64,000 nucleotides of DNA, taken from NCBI GenBank assembly GCA_030522375.1, contig CP130488.1:1408569-1472568 (forward strand), in the 5' to 3' direction. The translations under genes and the position numbers were made by a program. This DNA is from Methanosuratincola petrocarbonis (lineage in GTDB: Archaea; Thermoproteota; Methanomethylicia; Methanomethylicales; Methanomethylicaceae). A model generated the notes under the pieces. The model did no database searches. It saw only the letters and a program-made list of their open reading frames with translations, and was not told the DNA's origin. Numbering within the stretch: position 1 is the first letter of the stretch; each line of letters begins with the position of its first letter. Positions 11,977 to 21,192 of this stretch are shown piece after piece.

Positions 11977-12549
11977 TCATACCATAGCCAGGGCACTGAT
12001 TATGCGGCCTATCAGCAAGTCCACCTTCCCGAAACTATCCCTCAATTTTTCAAGATCGTTGGTGTAGTAATAGTCCCCCTCGTCGTTGACCAGAAAGTCC
12101 CCGCCCTTGTAGGTAACCATAGCCTCGACAAGCTTCAGGACGTCGCATATCAGCAGGTGCGCAGAAAGCGGCGCGAACTGGGTCTTCACGAAGGTGTAAG
12201 GAAGCTGCCAGACGCCCTCGCCGCCCAGCTCGTAGAAGGTGACCTCAAATGACTCGCAGCCAGGGTGCACATTAGCCAGGATGCCCTTCTTCTTTGTGGG
12301 TGTGCGCGGCTCCTTTGAGTTGGGCTTGAATGTGTAGACGAACGAGCCCTTCTGCACCCAAGACGGCACGGGCTTGAGGTTGACCAGCGACTTTGCTTTT
12401 TTAAAGTCCTCATCCGAATCGAAGCCGTCCAAGCGCTTGATGTCTGTCACCTTGTTCTCCCTGAGCATGTCCTCGACCTGGGCGAGTATTTTTGAGATGT
12501 ACTCCTCAGCGCAGCAAACAACGCCTCGGTAGTGGATGGTGATCCCCAT
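11977..12549 (-). CDS. Hypothetical protein (190 aa)
   Basis: Intact ORF. No family recognised. Confidence 0.45.
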   Translation of the reverse strand: MGITIHYRGVVCCAEEYISKILAQVEDMLRENKVTDIKRLDGFDSDEDFKKAKSLVNLKPVPSWVQKGSFVYTFKPNSKEPRTPTKKKGILANVHPGCESFEVTFYELGGEGVWQLPYTFVKTQFAPLSAHLLICDVLKLVEAMVTYKGGDFLVNDEGDYYYTNDLEKLRDSFGKVDLLIGRIISALAMV

Positions 12550-12629
12550 TATGAATCCCCCTAATAGCAGGGGCGCTTTTTAAAAACAGACGCTGCGGGT
12601 GTGAAAGGTTTTTATTTTCAAGGCTGGAG

Positions 12630-12818
12630 ATGTTTTCGATCAACATGGTGAAAGGGGTCTGCTGCGTCTGCCACAAGAACATCGGAGGGTTTTTCGAGGA
12701 GAGGGCATGGAGGTGCGAAGGGTGCGGCAGGCTTTACTGCAAAAAGTGCGCGCCCAAGAGGAAAGGGCTACTATCAGACCACCCGGTATGCCCAAGGTGC
12801 GGCAGGATGCTGAAGTAA
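12630..12818 (+). CDS. Double zinc-ribbon small protein
   Basis: 62 aa with four CxxC pairs (CCVC, CEGC, CKKC, CPRC). Confidence 0.5.
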   Translation: MFSINMVKGVCCVCHKNIGGFFEERAWRCEGCGRLYCKKCAPKRKGLLSDHPVCPRCGRMLK

Positions 12819-12910
12819 GGGAATGCTCAGCACGATCATTGGCAATTGGATAATGCTTCGTACGTTGAGAATGGAAAAGGCAAAGCATTGGCTGTTTATC
12901 AAGAAACTTC

Positions 12911-13055
12911 ATGGATTGCGAGGGGAGAGCTCTTCGGGAACAAAATCGAGCCGTAGGTGTAGGGAGCGACGCGTTCCCTGGCTGGGCTCGCGGTCCACTG
13001 GGGGAAAGTCCCACGGGAGGCGCGCCGGGCCGGAAGTGGAGGGGGGCGCTGAGGG
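12911..13055 (+). pseudogene. Decayed copy of the C2H2 zinc-finger ORF (junction cassette copy A, gene 1)
   Basis: Nucleotide homology to 58025-58186 (MDCEG... vs VDCGEELFGG...). A frameshift removes the CxxxxC...HxxxxH finger and the stop codon. Confidence 0.4.
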
Positions 13056-13256
13056 TTGAGCTGGAGGGAGGGCGAGGGCGTTCTGGAGCTCCTGCTCCTG
13101 AGGATGCGCGGGTGCGGGTCGAAGGAGGAGTGCCGGGAGGCGGTGGAAGAGGTCCTGACCCTCGTGAAGGAAAGGAAGCTCGAGAGATTAAAAGAGGACC
13201 TATGGATGATGGGAGAGATGTTTTTAAAAACAGTGCTTAATGAATTCTATTCTTAG
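13056..13256 (+). CDS. Small helical protein (junction cassette copy A, gene 2); TTG start
   Basis: LSWREGEGVLELLLLRMRGCGSKEECREAVEEVLTLVKERKLERLKEDL is paralogous to 58186-58347 and to the remnant at 16258-16353. High GC. Confidence 0.45.
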   Translation: MSWREGEGVLELLLLRMRGCGSKEECREAVEEVLTLVKERKLERLKEDLWMMGEMFLKTVLNEFYS

Positions 13257-13304
13257 CAAATAAGAACTAAACTTTTTATATAACAAACATTCATATTCTG
13301 CTGC

Positions 13305-14564
13305 ATGTCCAGTCTCAAGACCTTCTATGAATACGGCAAGGTCAGCAAGGATGATCTTGGACTGGACAGGCAAGACGTGAAGATTCTCGACAGGCTTGCT
13401 GACGAGAAGGCAGGCGTCCTCGATCATTCCAAAGGCGGGTACAGGTTAAAGCAGTACGTCGGGGCCATACCGCTCCACTCCTGCGTGCTTGAAGTTCTGC
13501 CAAAGATCTACAGGGGTGAGGGCGGCACGGTGCAAAACAGGTTGGCGCTATTCTGGCTGCTTTCGTTCGTAGGGGCCTTTGAAATAAAGGAGTCTGACTT
13601 TCTTAAGAAGGGCCTCGAGAAGATGGACTTCTTCGATCTGATGAAGTACGTATTCGCGAGGAACTTGAACGACCAGGTCAAGGACGGGGTCTACAGGGAC
13701 TACGTGCCGGCTGAGGGGAACGAGAGGTACCTCAAGGGCCGCCTAGACTTTGTGAAGGACATTCGCCACAACTACGCCGACAGGTCGAGGTTCTATGTCA
13801 GGTACGACGAGTATACGGAAGACAACCCGATGAACCGCACCCTTGCTGCTGCCGTCAGGGGCATGGTGCCGGGGTCGGGCGTGATGAGCAGGCAGCTGCT
13901 GGCTCGGCTCTCAGCCGCATTCTGCGACGTGGGTTACGAGAACGGGAACGGCCTACTAGTGCAGAGGGTCACGAAGAACCGCCTCAACGAAAGGTACTGG
14001 CCCTCTTATGAGATGGCAAAGATCTTCCTCTCGGGGAAGGTGCCACAGATCTATTCAGGGAAGGACCTGCTGACTTATGGATTCCTCTTCGACATGAACA
14101 GGCTATTCGAGGAGTTCGTGGGGAAATTCTTGAAGAGGCATGCGAACGAGATCTTCGGCGAGGGGGCCGAGGCGCTTGTTCAGCCGGGATACCGTTTCGG
14201 CGATCTCGCGATCAGACCCGACGTGATAATCCGCCTGAAAGACCGGACTATTGTTTTGGACACGAAGTACAAGGGCATCCCAGAAGAGACGGAGCGATCC
14301 AACGCCGACATCTTCCAAGTCTACACGTATTGCATGGCCATGAAAGAAAGAGATCCTTCGAACGAAGCGGTAGGCATCCTTCTCTATCCGAAGCACGTCG
14401 GCGAAGATGTAAACCAAAAATGCGAGACGAAGAGTGTAGGAAAAGTAAGCGAATACCATGCGAAGATATGCCGCCGGTTGATCGACTTGGATGTTGGCTA
14501 TGGCAGGGGCAATCTCGAAAAATTCGTCGAGAGGTTTGAAGAATTGTTTAAAGGAGCGATATGA
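13305..14564 (+). CDS. mcrC: McrC-like subunit of a Type IV (McrBC-like) restriction system
   Basis: 419 aa. C-terminal PD-(D/E)xK core IRPDVIIRLKDRTIVLDTKYKGI matches the McrC DxK nuclease motif. Stop overlaps the downstream McrB start (ATGA). Confidence 0.7.
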   Translation: MSSLKTFYEYGKVSKDDLGLDRQDVKILDRLADEKAGVLDHSKGGYRLKQYVGAIPLHSCVLEVLPKIYRGEGGTVQNRLALFWLLSFVGAFEIKESDFLKKGLEKMDFFDLMKYVFARNLNDQVKDGVYRDYVPAEGNERYLKGRLDFVKDIRHNYADRSRFYVRYDEYTEDNPMNRTLAAAVRGMVPGSGVMSRQLLARLSAAFCDVGYENGNGLLVQRVTKNRLNERYWPSYEMAKIFLSGKVPQIYSGKDLLTYGFLFDMNRLFEEFVGKFLKRHANEIFGEGAEALVQPGYRFGDLAIRPDVIIRLKDRTIVLDTKYKGIPEETERSNADIFQVYTYCMAMKERDPSNEAVGILLYPKHVGEDVNQKCETKSVGKVSEYHAKICRRLIDLDVGYGRGNLEKFVERFEELFKGAI

Positions 14565-16201
14565 AAATGAGCGATGAATCGTTCAATGAAACTATGAATA
14601 AAAAAGAAGATCCAGCAAGTAAATACAACTTTGGCGTAAATTTTTGGAAGGTTTCGCTAGGTCAAGGAGGCGTATACACAGAGGAGTTTATAGACAAAGA
14701 GATCTTTGCAATGGGAAGTTACAGAGTCATTTCTCTTCGTAATTTAAACGACTATGGAACTCCTGAGAAACTAGAAAAAGAAGTGCCCGAACTCTACTTT
14801 GGGGCTGAACACTATGGCGGAAATCAACTTGTCTGCATTTGGAAGAAAATGAAACGTGGTGACGTACTGTTAGCCTATAAAACAGGGACGATAACAGCTT
14901 TTGGAGTGGTTAATAGCGATTACAAATTTACTGATGAGTGGAAGTACTGGTGGTATTATGGAAATAGGTTGGGGTCGCATTATCGCAAAGTTAAATGGAT
15001 CAATCTTCTTCCTAATCCGATCCCTCTCGATGACAATGAAATAAAATTTTTAAAAGAACCTCAAAACACTATAAAGTCCTTCGAGGGACACGAAGACCTG
15101 CTATATAAAATCCTTGACAGGGCACCTTCAAAATTAATAGAAGAATTGCGAGAGCTCGTACAGAAATGCAAGTCAGTTGAACAGGAAGTTGAGCAGGAAG
15201 TGGAACCGGAAGTTGAGCAGGGATCAAAAGTGAAGAACCCTTTGAACGTCATCCTGTACGGCCCGCCGGGGACAGGGAAGACCTACGCGACTGAAGCGGC
15301 CATAATCGCGGTAGAAAAGGGGGATGACGTTCGCGAAGTTTTGCGCGAAGGGAACCTAAAGGATTACATTGAGAACAACGCAGAGAAATTAGAGGCATCC
15401 AAGCAAAGGATAAGGCGCGTAACATTCCACCCCAGCTACTCTTACGAGGACTTTATCGAGGGGATCACGGTCAGGACGGGCAACAACGGCCAGGTTGTTT
15501 ACGAAGTCAAGAAAGGCGCGTTCAGAGAGCTGGCGGAGGAGGCGCTGGATCACCTGGATAACAAGTACTATCTGGTGATCGACGAGATAAACAGGGGGAA
15601 CATTTCCAAGATATTCGGCGAGCTGGTGACGCTGATAGAGGAGGACAAAAGGTGTGGCAACCCGAATGACGGATACTGCGCCACGCTGCCTTACTCAAAA
15701 GAAGAGTTTAGGGTCCCGAAGAACCTCTACCTGATAGGGACGATGAATACATCCGACAGGAGCATTGCGCTGGTGGACCTGGCCCTCAGGAGGCGCTTCG
15801 AGTTCATAGAACTGATGCCGAGACCGGAAATCCTGGGCGGTGTGCAATTCAATGGAATCGACCTTGAGGGGCTGCTGGAAACAATCAATGAAAGGATCAA
15901 AAAGCTAGGTGAGAGAGACAAGCAGATAGGCCACGCCTACTTCATGGATGGTGAAGAACCCATCAGAGACCTCCGCAGACTGAAAGACGTATGGTTCAAC
16001 AAGGTACTGCCACTTCTCAATGAGTACTTCTACGGCCGGTGGGAGGACATTGCCTATGTATTGGGCGGCGAAAAGGGAGGCGAAGCCCCCTTCCTGGAAA
16101 GGTTGACGGAGGAAGACGCAGACCTTTACGACTTTAAGGGCTACATGGAGGACGAGGAGTTCATCGATGAGTTGAATAAGGTAATCCAAAGGCAGGAATA
16201 G
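14561..16201 (+). CDS. mcrB: McrB-like AAA+ GTPase with N-terminal EVE/PUA-like reader domain
   Basis: Walker A ILYGPPGTGKT. McrB signature LVIDEINRGNISKIFGELVTLIE and GTMNTSDRS..DLALRRRFEF. The N-terminal ~200 aa are AT-rich with an EVE-like pattern (NFWKVSLGQG...MKRGDVLLAYKTGTITAFGVVNSDYKF). Linker repeat QEVEQEVEPEVEQ. Confidence 0.85.
   Translation: MKMSDESFNETMNKKEDPASKYNFGVNFWKVSLGQGGVYTEEFIDKEIFAMGSYRVISLRNLNDYGTPEKLEKEVPELYFGAEHYGGNQLVCIWKKMKRGDVLLAYKTGTITAFGVVNSDYKFTDEWKYWWYYGNRLGSHYRKVKWINLLPNPIPLDDNEIKFLKEPQNTIKSFEGHEDLLYKILDRAPSKLIEELRELVQKCKSVEQEVEQEVEPEVEQGSKVKNPLNVILYGPPGTGKTYATEAAIIAVEKGDDVREVLREGNLKDYIENNAEKLEASKQRIRRVTFHPSYSYEDFIEGITVRTGNNGQVVYEVKKGAFRELAEEALDHLDNKYYLVIDEINRGNISKIFGELVTLIEEDKRCGNPNDGYCATLPYSKEEFRVPKNLYLIGTMNTSDRSIALVDLALRRRFEFIELMPRPEILGGVQFNGIDLEGLLETINERIKKLGERDKQIGHAYFMDGEEPIRDLRRLKDVWFNKVLPLLNEYFYGRWEDIAYVLGGEKGGEAPFLERLTEEDADLYDFKGYMEDEEFIDELNKVIQRQE
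15170..15225 (+). repeat. 12-nt tandem repeat encoding the (Q/P)EVE linker in McrB
   Basis: gaacaggaagtt gagcaggaagtg gaaccggaagtt gagcagg. Confidence 0.6.
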
Positions 16202-16257
16202 TTCAACTTTTTTATTTTTATGAACTCGGGAGTTCGTTTGGCAGTTGAGATAGAGAT

Positions 16258-16353
16258 TGGATGCGAGGGCGAGTAAATTATGCTCTCGTCCTGGCTTTGG
16301 TCAAGGAAAGGAAGCTCGAGAGGCTGAAGGAGGAGCTGGGGATGATGGAGTAA
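16258..16353 (+). pseudogene. 3' remnant of the cassette small gene (copy B)
   Basis: ...CEGE* then a frame shift to LVLALVKERKLERLKEELGMME*. The core ggtcaaggaaaggaagctcgagaggctgaaggaggagctgggg is near-identical to the copies at 13151-13215 and 58275-58340. It sits between the convergent mcrB and RM genes. Confidence 0.5.
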
Positions 16354-16355
16354 AC

Positions 16356-19235
16356 TCAGACTCTGGTCCTGGCCCTGCGGAGCTCCTGCAGCTCTTTCAG
16401 CCCCTCTTCGACCTGGCGCCTTTCCTTTTCCGTCAGACCCAGGATGTCGTAGACGGCTTCGTCCAGCTCTTTCTGGGCCTTCTTCTCGGCTTCGATGGCC
16501 TCTTCCAGCTGTTTCCTGGCTTCGATCTCGAGGATGCCGGGTTGATCCTTCTTTTTGGAGCGGAGCGATTCCAAGGTCTCTTCGGCTTTGATGCTTTTGT
16601 TGATGGTGTTTGCAAGTTTCAAAAAGGCATTGCGCAGTTCCTGTTTTTCTGACGCGTTTATGCAATTCATGTCTATTACAGGCATTTTTTTAAGCTCGTA
16701 TACTTCGATTTTCAAAACTCCGCCACCGTAGGAACGACCAAACAGCTCAACTATTAGATGCAAAATCGATGAGTTAAGAAAAGCAGCATACGAAAACCTA
16801 TCCTCATGATTACGGAGTTTGATAAAATGAAGCACGTTAGGCGCATAAATTGTGCCTTCTAATAGATATGCTTTTGATTTTGTATCGATCATATACTGGA
16901 AAATAAGGTCAGGGTCCAACAATCTAGGCAGCACATACCACAACTTCCTCCCCTTTAAGGTCTCTAGTTCAGGCAGCCGCCTCCTTTCCTGCTTCGATCC
17001 CCTGGTGACCTCTACCTCCATCCTCTCGCCGTACTCGATGTACTTCAGGGCATTCGTCCCCTTCAGCTCCTCCTTCGGCTTGTCGCACATGAAGAAGTAT
17101 TCGTCGACTTCCTCCGGCTTTATGACCAAGCCGCGGACCTTCTTGGGCGAAGAGACGCACGGGACAAGGAACTCGGGCTCTATGCCCCACTCCTCCGCTT
17201 TTTCTTTGGAAAGTATGAAGAAGTCGTTGCATCCCGTAGTCGGTCCCCTCACGACTTCAGCAACTTCGCCGAGCGGCCTCATTTTCGGGTGTTTCATCAG
17301 CTTCTTGAATACGGGCGGGGCCCTCAGGTAAACGTTCCACTTCCCCGGCTTGAGCTTGCCCTGCTTCACGACGGTGACCCTTATCCTATCGTCCTCGATG
17401 TCCTCCTCTGACTCAAGGAGCTTCAGCAGCTCCTCATTACTGATCCTCTTCTTTACCCTCACGAACCTAGCCAGGTTCTCTTCCCTCTTCTTCTCGTCCT
17501 TTTCCTTCTGCAAGATCGTGATTGCAGTGTTCACTTCAGCGTCCGGGAAGACAGCCCTGTCGAACTCGATTACGTAGAGGATTTTTGTGTTCCTAAGCAG
17601 GAACTCCTGGAAGGGCTCGCCGTACCCGACCTCCAGCCACTTGTTCGAGGATATGTAACCGAGCATCCCTCCCTGCTTCAGGAAGCGTATCGAGTGGATG
17701 TAGAAGTAGACGTAGATGTCGCTCATCCTGTCCAGGACGATCCCCTTCTTGTTCTTTGCCTGCCCCACGAAGAGCTGGTCCTTGTACTCCTCCTGCACCA
17801 GCTGGAAGATCTTCCTCTTTTCCGAGTCGCCAAGAAGCTCCTGGCGTATGTACGGCGGGTTGGCTACGACGGCGTCGAAAGCCCCGGGGATCTTGATCAG
17901 CATCTGCTTCCCCTCGGTGTCCATGCTCCTGAAGCCCATCAGGGTTTCCTGGCGGGGCTTGAGGTCGAAGAAGTCCTTCACGGCGACGTTTATCTTTTCC
18001 ACCTTCGCCTTCGGGTTCTGTATCGCCAGGTTGATTACAGATAAGTGGGCGGGGAACTGGTTTATGTCCACGCCGTATACCTGCGCTAAAAGCTGCCTGT
18101 GGAAGATCTCGCCCAGGGGCCCCGACATCTCTTTTGGTATCCCGTTGAGCTCCCTCAGGCGCTGGTAGACTTTTACGAGGAACGACCCTGAACCACAAGC
18201 GGGGTCGAGTACCTTGGCGTCCTTCTTAGTGACGGTGAGCCTGACGATCAGGTCCACTATCTCGGGAGGGGTGTAGAACTGCCCGAGGCGCTTCCGCTCT
18301 GTGGGCGGGATGAGCTTCTCGTAGACCCTCCCGAGGAAGTCGCTTTCCATCTTCGAATAGTCGTACTCGTTCAGCGAGTCGATGAGCGTTCTGAACCTTT
18401 CCTTCGCCCTCTCGGTGAATGGGATCTCGTTCATGAGGTCAGGCTGGTATATCGGCTCGTAGTCGATGTTCCTCACTTTCTCGTAATAGTGCATCAAAGA
18501 GTCGTAGACGTCCTCCTCTTCGCCTATCGCTATCCCGGGGAGCTTGTTTGGGTATATCGTCCTGATGACGTCGTAGAAGAGGAGCTTGTTGAGCTGGAGG
18601 TAAGTAGTCTGGTCTGCGATCTTCCTGACGTCCTCCGGATCGTCGGGCCTGAGGCCCTGGTCGAGCATCCACTTTTCGAACCTGGCTCTGAAGCTGTCGT
18701 CCTGGAGCCTCTTCTTGAGCGACGAATGGAACTCTTCCCTGAGGTCCTCGTAAGCCTCGTGGAGGAGCTCGACCAGCGAGTCGTCCACGGCCTTGAGCGA
18801 GACCGGGACTATTCCGAGGACCATCTTAAGCAGCTGCTCGGCCCAGCCATCGTTCCCCTCTACGTCGATGGAAGCAACCTCGCTCTCGTAGGGCTTCTTC
18901 CCCGGCATCAACTTGAACAGGACGAGGCGCTTCGGGTTGCACGTGGCGTAGTAGGGGTAGCCGCCGTTGGAAGCGTAGGAAACGGCTTGAGAGATCACAT
19001 CCGGATCCCTTGGCTCTATGTCCCTTTTGACTCCGCCCACCTTCTTCTTGTACTTCGCCTCTATGACCAGGAGGCGCCTCCCCGACTGCTCGACTACGAG
19101 GTCGGCTTTACCACCGTTGACCTGCTTCTCTGTGTGTAAGTCGAGGTCCAAGCTAAGCTCTTTGGCTGCCTCCTTAAGATTGTAAAAGAGCCTGTTGGTG
19201 ACGAAGTCGGACTCGGACACGAGCTGGGCGGGCAT
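16356..19235 (-). CDS. Type IIG restriction-modification enzyme (N-terminal PD-(D/E)xK nuclease fused to gamma-class N6-adenine MTase and TRD)
   Basis: 959 aa. N-terminal D...LLVIEAKYKKK nuclease motif. MTase motifs in gamma order: FYTPPEIV (X), LDPACGSGSFL (I), VVANPPY (IV). Large C-terminal region consistent with a target-recognition domain. Confidence 0.75.
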   Translation of the reverse strand: MPAQLVSESDFVTNRLFYNLKEAAKELSLDLDLHTEKQVNGGKADLVVEQSGRRLLVIEAKYKKKVGGVKRDIEPRDPDVISQAVSYASNGGYPYYATCNPKRLVLFKLMPGKKPYESEVASIDVEGNDGWAEQLLKMVLGIVPVSLKAVDDSLVELLHEAYEDLREEFHSSLKKRLQDDSFRARFEKWMLDQGLRPDDPEDVRKIADQTTYLQLNKLLFYDVIRTIYPNKLPGIAIGEEEDVYDSLMHYYEKVRNIDYEPIYQPDLMNEIPFTERAKERFRTLIDSLNEYDYSKMESDFLGRVYEKLIPPTERKRLGQFYTPPEIVDLIVRLTVTKKDAKVLDPACGSGSFLVKVYQRLRELNGIPKEMSGPLGEIFHRQLLAQVYGVDINQFPAHLSVINLAIQNPKAKVEKINVAVKDFFDLKPRQETLMGFRSMDTEGKQMLIKIPGAFDAVVANPPYIRQELLGDSEKRKIFQLVQEEYKDQLFVGQAKNKKGIVLDRMSDIYVYFYIHSIRFLKQGGMLGYISSNKWLEVGYGEPFQEFLLRNTKILYVIEFDRAVFPDAEVNTAITILQKEKDEKKREENLARFVRVKKRISNEELLKLLESEEDIEDDRIRVTVVKQGKLKPGKWNVYLRAPPVFKKLMKHPKMRPLGEVAEVVRGPTTGCNDFFILSKEKAEEWGIEPEFLVPCVSSPKKVRGLVIKPEEVDEYFFMCDKPKEELKGTNALKYIEYGERMEVEVTRGSKQERRRLPELETLKGRKLWYVLPRLLDPDLIFQYMIDTKSKAYLLEGTIYAPNVLHFIKLRNHEDRFSYAAFLNSSILHLIVELFGRSYGGGVLKIEVYELKKMPVIDMNCINASEKQELRNAFLKLANTINKSIKAEETLESLRSKKKDQPGILEIEARKQLEEAIEAEKKAQKELDEAVYDILGLTEKERRQVEEGLKELQELRRARTRV

Positions 19236-19399
19236 ACGGACACCGAGTGGTCGTTAATTATGATGTTAAGGTGTATAAAACGATAATTGGTTTAGAAGTT
19301 GTAAGATCTTCCAAAGTAAACAAAACCCGTACGCGCTAAAAGGTGGTGTAGGATTTGCGTTTTGTTGATTAGGGAGTTTAATTTTCACAATGTTAGATG

Positions 19400-20419
19400 C
19401 TATGGGATTGAATTTAATAGATTTTTAAATGCTGATATGAATATTTCGATCTCATACTCAGAAATTTCCCCTTTACGGGTGCCCATCCCGGGCTGTTTCA
19501 TAGTGTCATACCTGTTTTGTAAACCGCGGATTTTCACAACTTCATCGCGAAATTTTGCTGCTGCTTCTGGCGGAAATTTAGCATTTATAGTCGATTTATA
19601 CAGATATATCGAATTAGACCATAACGTTAAAAGGCAGAATCCCGAACCTTTTGAAGTCACGTAGTATGAAAATGCTTGTTTTCCTGGCCTGAGCTCGTGT
19701 CCTTTTTCTTTGGCTATTGCCTTCAATCGTTCATATAATACGCGATTTGGTTCCTCGCATCCCTTAAGAAACTCATGCTCTGATATCAGCTTTGATATCG
19801 ATGGCGTTTCGCCTTCGTCTTTCGTTTCTGGCTGTATTTTAACCCTTTGATCGATTCTGTAAGCTACATCTTTACCACCATCTTCGGCGTATTTCTCAAT
19901 TGTCAAAAGCACCACGTCCCGTGCTAGAGACTGAGTTCGTGCCCACACGGTGAGGTCGGCCGGTATGACGTCTATGGCTATGACTACCACCGGTGTATTT
20001 TCAATAATTTTTTCCAAAGTTCTGTGTATTTCAATCTCAGGTATTCCTCTATCCGTAAACTTTTTTTTCAACTCCTCGGATTTTTTGATTATGTCAAACG
20101 CCCTTTTAACAAAGTCGTTTTTGGTTTGATAGTTGTCCGCGGCCACTATCTGCTTTGATACTTGCGGGACTATGTGATGCCATGTGTCATGTTCTGCCAG
20201 CTCCGCTTCAACGATATACCATCTCTCAGCTTCAAGGTCTATAACAATGCCATCAGGAATAGTCCCGCTGCCGCCTGCCGTTACCATGGATTGTTGAGGA
20301 ATATATATGACATCGCCATCAAAAACGGCCTCCGGATTGGAACTCACGACTTTCTCTAACTCCGCCTCGTTATCAAATGCAGTCTTATTAAAGAGACGCG
20401 AACCAAGCACAAGACTCAC
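19400..20419 (-). CDS. Low-GC nuclease-like protein (Mrr-cat/PD-(D/E)xK-like N-domain plus uncharacterised C-domain)
   Basis: 339 aa. PDGIVIDLEAERWYIVEAEL resembles the Mrr catalytic core (PDGxID...VQCK), but Glu replaces the usual Lys. About 40% GC, sharply lower than flanking genes. Confidence 0.45.
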   Translation of the reverse strand: MSLVLGSRLFNKTAFDNEAELEKVVSSNPEAVFDGDVIYIPQQSMVTAGGSGTIPDGIVIDLEAERWYIVEAELAEHDTWHHIVPQVSKQIVAADNYQTKNDFVKRAFDIIKKSEELKKKFTDRGIPEIEIHRTLEKIIENTPVVVIAIDVIPADLTVWARTQSLARDVVLLTIEKYAEDGGKDVAYRIDQRVKIQPETKDEGETPSISKLISEHEFLKGCEEPNRVLYERLKAIAKEKGHELRPGKQAFSYYVTSKGSGFCLLTLWSNSIYLYKSTINAKFPPEAAAKFRDEVVKIRGLQNRYDTMKQPGMGTRKGEISEYEIEIFISAFKNLLNSIP

Positions 20420-20521
20420 AAACGCCCACCATTTATACTAATGATCTGGCGGTGATTAATTATGGTGATATGGGTATAAAACGATTATCATTTGAACTTT
20501 TCTAATTTTATTAACAAATTC

Positions 20522-21028
20522 TCAATTTCCTCCATCTTTGTATATTTCCTCTACCAGGCTCTTTGACGACAGGTCGTAGGTGTAGCACAAGCTCCGACCC
20601 TCGCCGTAGCTGGTTATATTGAACAACCCGCCCTGGACCTCCACGGTCAGGTAATTTGACCAGCCCCTGAAGCCGCAGGCATCGCCTACCGGGAAGGTCA
20701 CGGATCCGTTGGCGTCCAGCTGGATACTAATTTTATAGGATTTGTGGCGCAACGCCAGGCTCCCGTTTGCCAGGGGCGTACCCTCCCTCAGGATCCGAAC
20801 CGTGACCCAGTCAACGGGGACGTAGTCCTGCGTCCTCAAGATAATGGATCCGTTCGCGTTCGAGCAGTAAGCGACCGAAAGCCCACCCGTCTCTTCAATG
20901 CGCCTCTGGTCGCGCTCCCACGTACTTAGTAATTGGCAGCCAGGATAGCCAGGGTCCGAGGACGTCCAGGTGCCGTTCTCAGGAATCGATAAAAATGTGA
21001 ATCTCTTGGAAGCCGACTTTTCTTCTCT
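20522..21028 (-). pseudogene. GC-rich gene fragment lacking a start codon (secreted/beta-rich protein remnant)
   Basis: Open frame of about 168 codons with no ATG/GTG between the upstream stop (21029-21031) and the sequence ...NANGSIILRTQDYV. GC-rich island inside AT-rich DNA. Confidence 0.3.
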
Positions 21029-21192
21029 CTAATACGAGCCTGCTAAGAATGTCATGTTTGATGAATGAGAACTCGCCGCGAACCGAGAAGCCGTGAATAC
21101 CATCTTGTTTTAGAATATTCCAATCAAGCCAGAAAAAAGGATTCCATGCAAGAGATTTAGTATAATTCTGAAGTGGTTGTAGACTGATACTA

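Noticed and set aside
16141-16665. ORFs 16141-16665 (-) and 16257-16652 (+) at the mcrB/RM junction
   Set aside because: They span the convergent 3' ends of two genes and the cassette remnant. Their compositions are low-complexity Arg/Gly-rich. The real signal there is the 96-nt cassette remnant.
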